DNA of 63,205 nucleotides, filler included, from Dimargaris cristalligena (Eukaryota), in assembly GCA_003614675.1 (NCBI GenBank). It is 6 parts of 6 records of this genome, joined end to end, with 100 filler letters (N's around TTAATTAATTAA, not from the genome) between each part and the next. Parts side by side here need not be neighbours in the genome. Positions count along the whole stretch, not along the records: positions 1 to 10,472 come from ML003177.1; positions 10,573 to 21,042 come from ML003178.1; 4 more parts are not named here. One strand, 5' to 3'. The notes below the pieces were generated by a model. That model searched no databases. It was given only the letters and a program-made list of their open reading frames with translations, and was not told the origin of the DNA. The translations under genes were made by a program, and so were the position numbers. Positions 1 to 10,770 of the stretch are shown in pieces (position 1 is the stretch's first letter; every line of letters begins with the position of its first letter).

Positions 1-3000
1 GGCCGGCCTCTTCAAAATGTGACCAACTCAGTGGTGGATGACCAGCTTCAATTGGTGCCGGTGGGTGTTCCTGGTGAGTTGCTTATTGGGGGGATTGGTC
101 TTGCCCGCGGTTACCAAAACCTACCCGAACTAACGCGAGCTAAATTCATCGATAATCCCCATGGCCCCGGTCAAGTCTACCGGACTGGTGACCGTGTTCG
201 GTGGCTCCCCGAGGGCACAATCGAATTCCTGGGCCGTATTGACAACCAAGTTAAACTACGTGGGTTTCGCATTGAGCTCGAGGAAATTGAGCAGGTGGCA
301 GGGTGCTTCACCGGATTGAGTAATTGTGCAGCCAAAATAATCCAGAATACCTTGGTTCTGTATACCAGCCCTACTTCTTTAGATCAGGAATCTCTTAAGA
401 ACTTCTTATCCAGCCGCCTGTCTAAGCAAATGGTCCCTCAAATAATTGTCCCAGTGACTGAATTTAAGTTAACTGCTAATGGCAAGTTAGACCGCGATTC
501 TCTCCCGCCAATCGACCATCTTTTAAAGCAACACTCCACGACAGATTTTGAGGAACATCCATTATCAGGTATTGAGAGTAGCCTTCGACAGGTCTGGGCC
601 CAAGTCTTACAGAAGGACCCAAGTCAAATAACAGCTACAGACCATTTCTTTAAAATCGGTGGTGATTCAATCTCGGCTATTCTACTTGTGTCCAAGTTCC
701 AACAGCTGGGATACCAATTTATGGTCCCCTTGGTCTATCAGTACCCCAAACTAGAACAACAGGCCCAGTACCTTCAATATGAAACTAGCACAATAGCTGA
801 TATAGGCTTAGCCTACCAGGTCCAAGCCAAAGGAGATGTACCCCTCACACCCATTCAGCATTGGTTTTCCAAACTTCCATTTAAAAATCCTAGCCATTTT
901 AACCAATCCTTTTCTTTCAAGGTTGACCTCCATTTCCCACTATCCCATCCTACTCTTACCGATGCTATTGTTTCCTTACTTAACCATCATGATATTCTGC
1001 GAGCAAGATTCCAACTCGGTGATAATGGGCAGAGTTGGATTCAGTTGATCCCTACGGAGGTGGCCACAAACACCGATTTTCTGGTATTGGAGAAGACTGT
1101 GGACCCTGATGACTATTCAGCCTTTATTCTAGAAGTCCAATCGAGTCTCAATCTAATTACTGGCCCAGTAGTTGCTGCAGCACTTATCCACAACCCAGCT
1201 GACCTACTCAGTACCCAATTCTTCTTCACTATTCACCATATTCTGGTGGACTTAGTTTCCTGGAGGATACTCATTGAGGATTTAAATTCACTATTGCTTA
1301 GCAAACCCCTTCCACCAAAGACAATGTCGTTCCAAACCTGGGCTACCCAATTGGCTGATTACTGCAGTACTCTCTCCGCAGACATTTGGCCTACACAGAT
1401 GGATCCCAACCACCCAATCCCCGATATCTACTCTCTACTACCTCCACCAGAGATCAGTATTGAGGATTATCCTGTAGCCCGCCTCTCTGTGTCTTTGGAT
1501 TTTGATGCTAAGTCTACCAACACTCTTATTTTCCAGCTAGCCCCCCAATGGCGAGTTACCCCTCAAGATTTACTACTGGCCACATTTGCACACGCCTTTT
1601 CTACTACCATTGGAGTCAACCAGATATCATTGTGTATGGAGGGTCATGGTCGGGAACCCTGGGCTGCTGATCAAAATATCACTCGTACTGTAGGTTGGTT
1701 TACCTCCCCCTATCCATTGGTACTCCGAATCCAACCAGGACAGTCGCTCTTGGAGCTTTTGCAACATACAAAAGAGGCCTTACAGACAATTCCAGGCAAA
1801 GGATTCATTTACTCAGTAATCAAATACATGCCAGGTGTCAATACTGATGAGAGGTGTAAACTGATAGCTAAGATACCTGAGAGAATGGATGTTCAATTCA
1901 ATTACTTTGGTCAATTTACCAACTCAGGTACTCCCCAGAGTGGTGATCCACTGTCTATTGAATGGTCTAATTCCTTTGGACTACATGATTTTTCATCTCA
2001 GGACTTTGTCATTTTTGATCTCAACCCCATGCCTGCAATTGTTGATAACTCTCTCCGGTTGATTATGGAGTATAACCCCCGGGTTTACCACCAGGATATT
2101 ATTTCTAGGATTATGGCCAAATGGCACCATAATTTGGCTGAACTTACTAGCCTGGGTGTACAGTCTGAAAATATAATATCTGAGCCTTTGCTTACTAAGT
2201 ATGACTTCCCACACTTATCTCTCTCTGATACTGGGTTCCAGACTGTCTTGGCCCAAGTACACCAAAGAGACATTCCCCTAGCCCAGGTTGAAGATATATT
2301 TCCCTGTATTGCAGTCCAGGGCGGCCTTCTCATGAACTTATCTTCAGACCCATCAATGTACCTTGTCCAAATGGCCATGAAGCTAACTGGCCAACTTGAC
2401 TGTGATCAACTGATTCAGGCCTGGGCTTCTGTAGCCAACCAGCACTCTCCCCTGCGCACAGTATTCATTGAATCACCCAGTACTCTATCCCAGGGGTTCC
2501 TCCAAGTGGTGCTATCCTCTTTACCCACTTCCTGGACTATTGCTGTTCAGCCTCTTGATTCCCTTGAAACATTTTTTATTGAGAATCGACAGCAGGGATT
2601 CACCCTCCAAGAACACATGGTCCGCAATTTTGTGTTCCCCACTGCTGATAGCCAGGTTTATGATATTATTATTACTATCCACCACTCATTAATGGATGGC
2701 TGGTCATTACCCTTGCTCCTCCAGCAGTGGATGGTAGCCTACCACAATCCCAAATTGGCTGTATCCCCACCCCCTACCAGCTTTACAGCAGTTGTTAGAT
2801 ATATATGCCAATCAGATCCCACATTAGCTCAGGCATTTTGGACTGACTATCTACACAATGCTAAAGCTACACCAGCCCCCTTACTGTACCCAGATTATAT
2901 TGGTTCACCAGGTCATGCATCTTATTCAACACTACTCAATATTTCCAAAGCCCAACTACTCCAAACAACTCAAAATCTTGGTATATCAATAGCAACCCTA

Positions 3001-6000
3001 CTCCGGGCTGCTTATGCCTTAGTTTTAGGTCAACTACTTAACCAAGATGATGTGACTTTTGGTGTAATTCTATCAGGTCGAAATTTAAATATCCCTGCTA
3101 TAGGCCAAGTAATTGGGGCATGTACTAATACAGTACCATGCCGGGTTCACCTAAACAGCTCTCCTCTTGAAGTATGGCTACAATCTCTCCATAAGGACCA
3201 AGTAGACATGATTCCTTTTGAACACTCTCAACTTACTGATATTTTCCAGTGGAATAGATTAGGTCAGATTAAACCACTGTTCCATACACTCCTAGGTTTT
3301 GAGAACTTCCCTGACCTAGTTTCAAGCCAATCTAACAAAATTGCTCTATCAGATATTATTATACATGAGTATACCCATTATCCTCTAACTGTCAATTTTG
3401 TGGAACAGCCCTCCTTTATCCAAGTAAAGGTGTCTTACAGTACAGCTGTATACTCAGAGACTACAACAGCCCATCTAGTGGAAATGATCCAGGCAGTTCT
3501 AGAACAAATAGTAGTGTGTGATCCCCAGACCCCAATTAAACAAATCACTCTTAGTAACCCAATAGTGCAGCTATCAACAAATGACCAAATACACAATGTT
3601 TTCAGCCCTTTGTCTGTCCTAGGCTCTCAATCACTAGCTCAGGTTTGGGACAGTATTGTTACCAATTATCAAGACCATTTAGTCTACCAGAGGGATGACT
3701 CAGTACTATCAGTTAGTCAGCTCAATCTTCAGGCTGATTCCCTTATAATATCTACTAGCAATATAGTTACAACCTCTCCTCCAACTATTATGGCCATTGT
3801 GGAAGATATTGCCCAACTATTTAATTATTTAGTAGCAGCTATCAAAATGGATATTTGCCTGGTAGTTCAACCATATACCATAACTATTGATCAAATAGCC
3901 CAATGTTTAAAATTAACCAAGGCCCAAGTACTGTGGCTCCCAGACTCTTTCCCTGATGAGTTCCTAACTTACTTTCCTAAGAATACTAACCTAATCAAGT
4001 TACCAACTTATGGTACTACTGTATCCAGTTCCAATTCTGAGTCTACCCAACAGTATATGGCTAATACTAGTAGCCCTGGTATTAGTTTAAAGTTCATATC
4101 TAACTGGACCCCAACTGGACCTACACTACTTACTATTGACAGTACACAGGTCACCCATGCCATTGCCTTAGCTGAATCATTCTTCAGTAATAGGGATATA
4201 CTTACATATGATCCCTCATTAGATCTTGGGATTCCTGAATTATCATGGCTTACTCTATCATGTCTACTATTTAGTACTACTGTAGTATTACCACAGACTA
4301 TTAACCTAGGCCAATGTCATATTACCCCTGCCCATATACTTACCCAAGAAACCCAAAATCCTGACCAATTAGCACTTGTTAATCTGTCCCATATATTGCC
4401 ATCAAATATCATTCATTTAGATTGGCTATCACTTTCTTGTCTAGTCTATAATGGATCATTATTCCATGGGTACTGCATAGTACCTGGGAGTCAACTAGCT
4501 ACTTTCACTCTACCAATTATGGGTGATTCAGTAAGGGGATTTCTATTAGCAGCTGTGGATCCACAATGCTATCCCTGCCCTCCTGGGGTACTTGGCTACC
4601 TAACATTTTCTAATACTGATAACCTTAGTCATATTCAACAAAATGGAGACCTTGGCCTTGGCTACTATACTCCAGATAACCAAATTCACATTTTGGGCCC
4701 TGAATCCCAGAGGGTGAATCTCCAAGACCAGCAAGTACACCTTGGTATACTGGAGCAAGCTTTCCTTCAGGCTGGGGCTATTTATCCCAGGGCCCTAGTA
4801 TTGCCCAATGGAGAATTAGTAATTGTAGTTGATTCTGCAACTAAGGAGGAATTATCCCAGTTGCAGGCCATAATAGTTCCACCTATTATTCCTCAAGTAC
4901 TTACTCCTGATGTTCTTGTATCTACTAAGCAATTCCCCCATGTGGCTGAATATACTGGTCAGGCTAGGCAAAATATCTACAGCTTTGCCCAGGCATATCT
5001 TACTACACTTATACTACACTCAACTCTATCTCTATCAGAATCTGAGTGGTGGTTAGCTGTAGTTATTAATGAGCTACATTTACTCTACCAACCAATTACC
5101 AGTTCTCCTACTACCACCCCTCTACAGTCTATTGAGAATTTTAACCTAGCCCAATTAGAGTACTTACAACACTATATCTATCAGAAATATTGTATTAGAA
5201 TAGTACTAGGTGATTTAATTACAGTCAACAAACTCCAACCCTTAGCCAACTTTATTTCCAAGCAACTTAGTTATAATCAGATTACAGCTTTCAGTGGCAA
5301 TATCTGTAATATGATACCCAGCCCCCTGGTACTCCCATTTATTCATAGTCAGCCAGTTAATGATTATCAACAAAGGATTTGGTCCCTTAGCCATTTACAC
5401 CACTCTGTAGTAGATTTCTATCACAGCTGTACAATTTCTTTAACATCCACAATTCAGCTACCAACTATTCAAAAAACCATCAATCATATAGTTGCTACTT
5501 ATGAAGCTCTCCGGTGCCAATTTAACTTAACAACTGGTGTATTAACTTGCCACATTCTACCAACTATCCATATTAATGTAAAAGAGTACCAGAGTCCAGA
5601 CTATTATAAGTCAAGTATTAAGAACTTTAGTCCAGAAGATATTTATTTTGACCTTGAAAAGGGTGTGCTTATCCAGGCTAAACTATACCAGTATCCTAAC
5701 CCTTCTACTGGTAGTACTCAATCTCATGTATCCCTCTATATACATGAGATAGCTGGTAATACTGTCTTTTTTGATCAGATTGTTCATGAAATTTACCAAG
5801 ATTTATCTACCATTGAAATAGACTACACCCAAATTATACCTGCCAGATACAGTATTGAATACCAAGATCCCTCAAGTCAGGATCTGGAATACTGGCTATC
5901 ACTAATTAAAGATGCACCTACTAAGCTGGCCTTATACTTAGATAGACCCCACCCTCCAGTACCAACCCTACAATACTCCATGGTCAAATCTAAACTAAGC

Positions 6001-9000
6001 ACATCTTTGGTTACCTCAGTGTCTGGAATGGCCAATCCTGGATCAAACTCACCTGGTGAAAATTGGTTGGCAATATTATCCACCTTTCTTCATCAGATAA
6101 CTGGTCAAGATGAACTCCTTGTGGATTTTAGTGATTCATCTAGCCAATCAAGTACCAATAGGTTTGGGTTAAACATTAATTCCCTCTCAGCTCTACCAGT
6201 CTGGGTAGGGAGTGATTGGCCCACTAGTATCAGCCAATTAGCTAATGAACTACATAATCAGATCACTAAGTCATTGGATCACTATATGCCAAGCACTACT
6301 AGGTTGGCCCAACTCTTAGACTACTCCACAACTGACCAAATATTGGGCCTATCTAGGATCCACTTTTCAATCAACCCCAGCTCACCTAATGATTCCAGGT
6401 CTGGTCCTACTCAATACCACTATCCAACCAAACCCAAAACCATATTTACCTATGACATTGAGCTAATAGTCCAAACTAATTCAATTTCACCATGGTGCCA
6501 ATTGCACTATAACCTGGATGTTTTTGAACAATCAACAGCTGAGCGCCTATTGAAGAATTTTATTCATTATTCAAAATCCTGTATTAGTCCAAATCAGCAG
6601 TGGCCAACTACTTCTACTGTCTGTCCTGAAGAAGCTGAAATTTTACTTGAGGGTTTTGCTTTAGGAAAAGTTAGATCTGGTGAGCCTACAGCTAAGTCAC
6701 CTCAGGGGCCTTTAGAGCTATTCTGCAAGGCTGCTGGGATGTACCCTGATTCTATAGCTGCTGAGTTTGAAGACCAAACCTGGACCTACCAATACTTAAG
6801 TGACAGTGTTTGCAATGTTGCAGCAGGTCTACGGAGGGCATATGTCCAGCCTGGTGATAAGATTGGTGCTATTGTTACCAACCACCCCAATACACTGGTA
6901 GCAATATTGGCAACTTGGTATATTGGTGCTGTATATATACCCATGGATTCCAAGTTACCAAAGAAGCGTCAGCAATATATTTTAGAAGCAGCCTCATGCC
7001 AATGGGTTCTAAATGCCACAACTAAGGTTATCCAGTGGCCAGGTTCCCTGATTCTATCTGAACTATTAGAAGCTACTGAATGCACTAACAGTGGCTATAC
7101 GATCCATCAAAATACACCTGACGACCTTGCCTACATTATCTTTACATCTGGGTCAACTGGGCTTCCCAAGGGTGTTATAATAACACATAACAACATCAAT
7201 CATCACCTCAACAATCATATTTTCTATGATTTTCAACAATCAGGCACCCGAGTTATGGTGGGTGTCTCCCCCAGTTTTGATGTGTTTTTCCTTAATGCAT
7301 TAATGCCTATTTGCCACGGGTCTACTGTGGTCTTTCCTGGGGATAATTTAGTGGACACACTAAGCCAAGTGGATTCATCTTGCTTGGTACCATCAGTTCT
7401 CAGCCGACTTTGCCCCTCAGATTATCCAAACTTAAAAACCTTATGTTTGGCAGGTGAACCCCTCAGCCGTAAATTAGCTGACAGTTGGTCAGCTGTAACC
7501 ACCCTTTGGAATGGGTATGGCCCAACTGAGGCAACAGTTATTAGTCATTTAACCCAAGTAGCTGCTACTGGCTCAATCACCATTGGCTGCCCCATTCCCA
7601 ACTACCAGTGCTATATCCTAAACTCCTATATGCAGCTGGTACCCATTGGGACGGTGGGTGAAATTTACATTGGGGGTGTTGGTGTCAGTCCAGGCTATAT
7701 TAATCGACCTGATCTAAACCTAACCAAATTCCCAAAGAACCCTTTTACAGGTAAGGGCACACTGTATGCCACTGGTGACTTTGGTCGATGGCTACCCAAT
7801 GGTGAAGTAGAATGCTTGGGGCGAATGGATAACCAGGTAAAACTTCGGGGATTCCGGATTGAGCTGGATGAGATAGATTATTACATTTCCCAATTTCCAT
7901 CAATCCAAGCAAATGTCACTGTGGTCAGCAAGAATAATGACGACAAGGTTATAGTATCATATTTTGTACCACAAGCTTATGCAAATCAAACAAAATCAAC
8001 TGACATTGATCAAAGGTGTTACCACAGCAATACTTGCCTCATTTCCGATCTCCGAGGATTCTTAAAAGAACAACTTCCCAACTACAGCATTCCTAGTGTG
8101 TTTATACCACTTTCTGAGCTTCCACTATCAACAAATGGGAAAGTGGATAAGACCGCTCTTCCTTGCCACAAGGCTGCCTTAAAGTCTATGATAAGTCAAC
8201 AAGTGGACCCAGTCTCTGGGGGAATTGTTAGTATAGTAGAATTCGCTGACCAACTAAGAGAGTATAGTCCTACACAGAATACCCTTAATAACATTTGGCA
8301 GCAAACCCTTGGTCTGGATTCCATGATTCCCCTGCATACCAATTTCTTTGACTTAGGAGGCCATTCAATTTTAGCCACTCGGTTGGGCATTCAGGTTCGC
8401 AAGAGTTTTGGAATTGATATTCCAATTAGCTTGGTATTCCGGCAGCCCACTATTTATAGTATGGCTGCTGCAGTGGACCAGTTCAATCAAGCCGCCTCAA
8501 ATATTACAACTAATATATTGTCTATTAACAATGCTGTGGCTCGTACAGTTTCTTCTAAACATCCTCCAGTCCAATCTTCACCGAACCCAAGTACTCAATA
8601 CTCAAATGACCTTAATACGCTAGTTGGGCAACTTCCACCTCCATTGTCCACAATGCAGCTCAACCATAACAATGTACCATTTGTCTTTTCAGAACGAATC
8701 CGGACTGGGGAAGCCCCCATATTCTTCCTAACGGGGGCCACAGGCTTCCTGGGGGCCTTTATCCTAGCCCACCTACTAATACGCTTCCCAACGGCCACTG
8801 TGCTATGCGTAGTCCGTGCCCAATCTCCTGAGCATGCCTTTAATCGAATTAAGTCAAGCAGTATTAATCATTTGCTATGGCAATCCCAGTGGAATATCAT
8901 AGCATCTGAAACCGATTCTCAACTCGGCTGTAAAATTGGCTATGGTAGTAGACAGGTCCGTGTGGTTGTAGGAGACCTATCCCAACCACGTCTGGGAATT

Positions 9001-10116
9001 ACCACGGCTGAATGGCAGTCACTAGCACGGGATGTAGATGCCATTATCCATAATGGGGCATTGGTCCACTGGATGTATCCCTATAGCAAGTTCCGATCCC
9101 CTAATGTATTGGGCACTCTGGCAGCCATTGACCTGGCCACCACTGACTATGTTAAGCCACTACACTTTATCTCATCTCTCTCAGTCTTCAATAGTAGCCA
9201 CTATATCGAATTATCTAGGTCCAAAGATGATGTGGCACTATTTGAGGGCTTGTCTGTGAATTCTCCCTCATCAACATCTACCATACCCAGCGAGACCCAA
9301 TCCAGTATAAACTCTGGTATTCTAGAATCAGATGGCCTAGAAGGTAGTCGGCATGGCCTTCCCAGTGGTTATGATCAGAGTAAGTGGGTAGCTGATAAGC
9401 TTATTCTCGAGGCTCGGGCTCGTGGATATCCCTTCACCATCATTCGACCCGGATTTGTTGTGGGATCAAGCACAACAGGGGTGATCAATACTGACGATTT
9501 TCAGTGGCGCCTTGTTAAGGGATGTATCCAACTGGGAAAGGCGCCTGTCCTAGATAATGAGATTAATATGTGTCCGGTCGATTATATTGCTGAGTTGGTG
9601 GCCGAGGTGGTTGCTCAACCAGAAGCCCTGGACCTGGGAATATTTCATATTGAATCACCCACCCGGTTTAGCTATAGTGATATGTTTGGCCAACTCCGTC
9701 TATATGGATACAAAGTCGATTCGATACCCTACACTCTCTGGTGCAACCATTTAAAGGAGGCCACGGACAAGTCAATAGAGAATGCCCTTTACTCTGTCCT
9801 ACAGTTTGCCCAAGGTGATATGCCCAAGGACACCCGACTCCCTATTCTAGATACCAGCCATACCCAGGCCCTCTGCCAAATTGGGGGTATGAGTTGTCCA
9901 CCCATTTCTAGCTTGATTGGCCTCTATTTAGCGTATATGGTAAAAGTTGGATTTTTAACCCCACCGACCCTAAGTATACTTCCTGATGCTAGGGCAAGCT
10001 GTCAAGAGGTAACCACAGAAACCCCACCCAACTCTCACATGACAGTAACTCGACAGGCATTGCCCCAACTCCCCATGGAAGTGAGTGTGATGATCAACCG
10101 AAATAACCGAATTTAG
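1..10116 (+). CDS. Non-ribosomal peptide synthetase, 5'-partial: A(C-terminal part)-T-E-C-[degenerate A-T-C]-A-T-R (terminal thioester reductase)
   Basis: Intronless 3365-aa ORF that begins mid-A-domain at the contig edge. A motifs GELLIGG, YRTGD, QVKLRGFRIELEEI. T1 FFKIGGDS (~658). E domain HHILVDLVSW (~1234), EGHGRE, RTVGWFT, FNYFGQ. C domain HHSLMDGWS (~2680). Last A: YIIFTSGSTGLPKG (~7141), NGYGPTE. T2 FFDLGGHS (~8344). R domain TGATGFLG (~8731) and YDQSK (~9370). Confidence 0.96.
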   Translation, partial: GRPLQNVTNSVVDDQLQLVPVGVPGELLIGGIGLARGYQNLPELTRAKFIDNPHGPGQVYRTGDRVRWLPEGTIEFLGRIDNQVKLRGFRIELEEIEQVAGCFTGLSNCAAKIIQNTLVLYTSPTSLDQESLKNFLSSRLSKQMVPQIIVPVTEFKLTANGKLDRDSLPPIDHLLKQHSTTDFEEHPLSGIESSLRQVWAQVLQKDPSQITATDHFFKIGGDSISAILLVSKFQQLGYQFMVPLVYQYPKLEQQAQYLQYETSTIADIGLAYQVQAKGDVPLTPIQHWFSKLPFKNPSHFNQSFSFKVDLHFPLSHPTLTDAIVSLLNHHDILRARFQLGDNGQSWIQLIPTEVATNTDFLVLEKTVDPDDYSAFILEVQSSLNLITGPVVAAALIHNPADLLSTQFFFTIHHILVDLVSWRILIEDLNSLLLSKPLPPKTMSFQTWATQLADYCSTLSADIWPTQMDPNHPIPDIYSLLPPPEISIEDYPVARLSVSLDFDAKSTNTLIFQLAPQWRVTPQDLLLATFAHAFSTTIGVNQISLCMEGHGREPWAADQNITRTVGWFTSPYPLVLRIQPGQSLLELLQHTKEALQTIPGKGFIYSVIKYMPGVNTDERCKLIAKIPERMDVQFNYFGQFTNSGTPQSGDPLSIEWSNSFGLHDFSSQDFVIFDLNPMPAIVDNSLRLIMEYNPRVYHQDIISRIMAKWHHNLAELTSLGVQSENIISEPLLTKYDFPHLSLSDTGFQTVLAQVHQRDIPLAQVEDIFPCIAVQGGLLMNLSSDPSMYLVQMAMKLTGQLDCDQLIQAWASVANQHSPLRTVFIESPSTLSQGFLQVVLSSLPTSWTIAVQPLDSLETFFIENRQQGFTLQEHMVRNFVFPTADSQVYDIIITIHHSLMDGWSLPLLLQQWMVAYHNPKLAVSPPPTSFTAVVRYICQSDPTLAQAFWTDYLHNAKATPAPLLYPDYIGSPGHASYSTLLNISKAQLLQTTQNLGISIATLLRAAYALVLGQLLNQDDVTFGVILSGRNLNIPAIGQVIGACTNTVPCRVHLNSSPLEVWLQSLHKDQVDMIPFEHSQLTDIFQWNRLGQIKPLFHTLLGFENFPDLVSSQSNKIALSDIIIHEYTHYPLTVNFVEQPSFIQVKVSYSTAVYSETTTAHLVEMIQAVLEQIVVCDPQTPIKQITLSNPIVQLSTNDQIHNVFSPLSVLGSQSLAQVWDSIVTNYQDHLVYQRDDSVLSVSQLNLQADSLIISTSNIVTTSPPTIMAIVEDIAQLFNYLVAAIKMDICLVVQPYTITIDQIAQCLKLTKAQVLWLPDSFPDEFLTYFPKNTNLIKLPTYGTTVSSSNSESTQQYMANTSSPGISLKFISNWTPTGPTLLTIDSTQVTHAIALAESFFSNRDILTYDPSLDLGIPELSWLTLSCLLFSTTVVLPQTINLGQCHITPAHILTQETQNPDQLALVNLSHILPSNIIHLDWLSLSCLVYNGSLFHGYCIVPGSQLATFTLPIMGDSVRGFLLAAVDPQCYPCPPGVLGYLTFSNTDNLSHIQQNGDLGLGYYTPDNQIHILGPESQRVNLQDQQVHLGILEQAFLQAGAIYPRALVLPNGELVIVVDSATKEELSQLQAIIVPPIIPQVLTPDVLVSTKQFPHVAEYTGQARQNIYSFAQAYLTTLILHSTLSLSESEWWLAVVINELHLLYQPITSSPTTTPLQSIENFNLAQLEYLQHYIYQKYCIRIVLGDLITVNKLQPLANFISKQLSYNQITAFSGNICNMIPSPLVLPFIHSQPVNDYQQRIWSLSHLHHSVVDFYHSCTISLTSTIQLPTIQKTINHIVATYEALRCQFNLTTGVLTCHILPTIHINVKEYQSPDYYKSSIKNFSPEDIYFDLEKGVLIQAKLYQYPNPSTGSTQSHVSLYIHEIAGNTVFFDQIVHEIYQDLSTIEIDYTQIIPARYSIEYQDPSSQDLEYWLSLIKDAPTKLALYLDRPHPPVPTLQYSMVKSKLSTSLVTSVSGMANPGSNSPGENWLAILSTFLHQITGQDELLVDFSDSSSQSSTNRFGLNINSLSALPVWVGSDWPTSISQLANELHNQITKSLDHYMPSTTRLAQLLDYSTTDQILGLSRIHFSINPSSPNDSRSGPTQYHYPTKPKTIFTYDIELIVQTNSISPWCQLHYNLDVFEQSTAERLLKNFIHYSKSCISPNQQWPTTSTVCPEEAEILLEGFALGKVRSGEPTAKSPQGPLELFCKAAGMYPDSIAAEFEDQTWTYQYLSDSVCNVAAGLRRAYVQPGDKIGAIVTNHPNTLVAILATWYIGAVYIPMDSKLPKKRQQYILEAASCQWVLNATTKVIQWPGSLILSELLEATECTNSGYTIHQNTPDDLAYIIFTSGSTGLPKGVIITHNNINHHLNNHIFYDFQQSGTRVMVGVSPSFDVFFLNALMPICHGSTVVFPGDNLVDTLSQVDSSCLVPSVLSRLCPSDYPNLKTLCLAGEPLSRKLADSWSAVTTLWNGYGPTEATVISHLTQVAATGSITIGCPIPNYQCYILNSYMQLVPIGTVGEIYIGGVGVSPGYINRPDLNLTKFPKNPFTGKGTLYATGDFGRWLPNGEVECLGRMDNQVKLRGFRIELDEIDYYISQFPSIQANVTVVSKNNDDKVIVSYFVPQAYANQTKSTDIDQRCYHSNTCLISDLRGFLKEQLPNYSIPSVFIPLSELPLSTNGKVDKTALPCHKAALKSMISQQVDPVSGGIVSIVEFADQLREYSPTQNTLNNIWQQTLGLDSMIPLHTNFFDLGGHSILATRLGIQVRKSFGIDIPISLVFRQPTIYSMAAAVDQFNQAASNITTNILSINNAVARTVSSKHPPVQSSPNPSTQYSNDLNTLVGQLPPPLSTMQLNHNNVPFVFSERIRTGEAPIFFLTGATGFLGAFILAHLLIRFPTATVLCVVRAQSPEHAFNRIKSSSINHLLWQSQWNIIASETDSQLGCKIGYGSRQVRVVVGDLSQPRLGITTAEWQSLARDVDAIIHNGALVHWMYPYSKFRSPNVLGTLAAIDLATTDYVKPLHFISSLSVFNSSHYIELSRSKDDVALFEGLSVNSPSSTSTIPSETQSSINSGILESDGLEGSRHGLPSGYDQSKWVADKLILEARARGYPFTIIRPGFVVGSSTTGVINTDDFQWRLVKGCIQLGKAPVLDNEINMCPVDYIAELVAEVVAQPEALDLGIFHIESPTRFSYSDMFGQLRLYGYKVDSIPYTLWCNHLKEATDKSIENALYSVLQFAQGDMPKDTRLPILDTSHTQALCQIGGMSCPPISSLIGLYLAYMVKVGFLTPPTLSILPDARASCQEVTTETPPNSHMTVTRQALPQLPMEVSVMINRNNRI

Positions 10117-10401
10117 AGGATTGAGCATCAAGAGCGGGCTCTACAATTCATATACTCAGAAGTTGCAATACCTTATCATTACACTTGATCAATGCATTTT
10201 TTCTTGTCAATTCACATGCAATCATGAAATTATTGTATTCTAATCAAATAGAAAATAGAGGTTGTTATAATTCTGAAAATGATCAGAAAATGGTAGGTTT
10301 TTCAAAATATATTTGAATATGATTGTGGAAGTGTAAGTGGAAGTGCCATAAGTGGCTTTAACAAATGCCCGCATTTGTTTTTATTGAGATAAATATAAAT
10401 G

Positions 10402-10472
10402 TGTTGTGGTCACAATCAATACCACAAGGTAATATAGCCTGATAACCTTATCAGGGCCAACTGGAGCAGTCT
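10402..10472 (+). mobile_element. End of an LTR-like repeat (family A2), cut by the contig end
   Basis: Begins TGTTGTGGTCACAAT and is nearly identical to 31420-31490 on another contig. It shares the TGTTGTGGT terminus with the LTR at 32145. Confidence 0.75.
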
Positions 10473-10572
10473 NNNNNNNNNNNNNNNNNNNNNNNNNNNN
10501 NNNNNNNNNNNNNNNNTTAATTAATTAANNNNNNNNNNNNNNNNNNNNNNNNNNNNNNNNNNNNNNNNNNNN
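10473..10572. other. Artificial contig spacer (N44-TTAATTAATTAA-N44)
   Basis: 100-nt N run with a central six-frame stop linker, repeated identically five times in the window. Confidence 0.98.
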
Positions 10573-10738
10573 ATATTGGATTACTTTGGTTAAAAACTTT
10601 ATAAAGTTGGTTTTATTAATATTTTCATTTGAGTGACAAACCAGTTTGCCTGGAGAAGCCACCCTGCCCTTTTGATATATTTTTGTTGTTTATTTTAGTG
10701 GCCTGACACCACCACACTGTGACACCACTATTTACCCA

Positions 10739-10741
<3 letters not shown>

Positions 10742-10770
<29 letters not shown>
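10742..10770. repeat. (AT)n microsatellite
   Basis: Perfect AT dinucleotide run. Confidence 0.9.
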
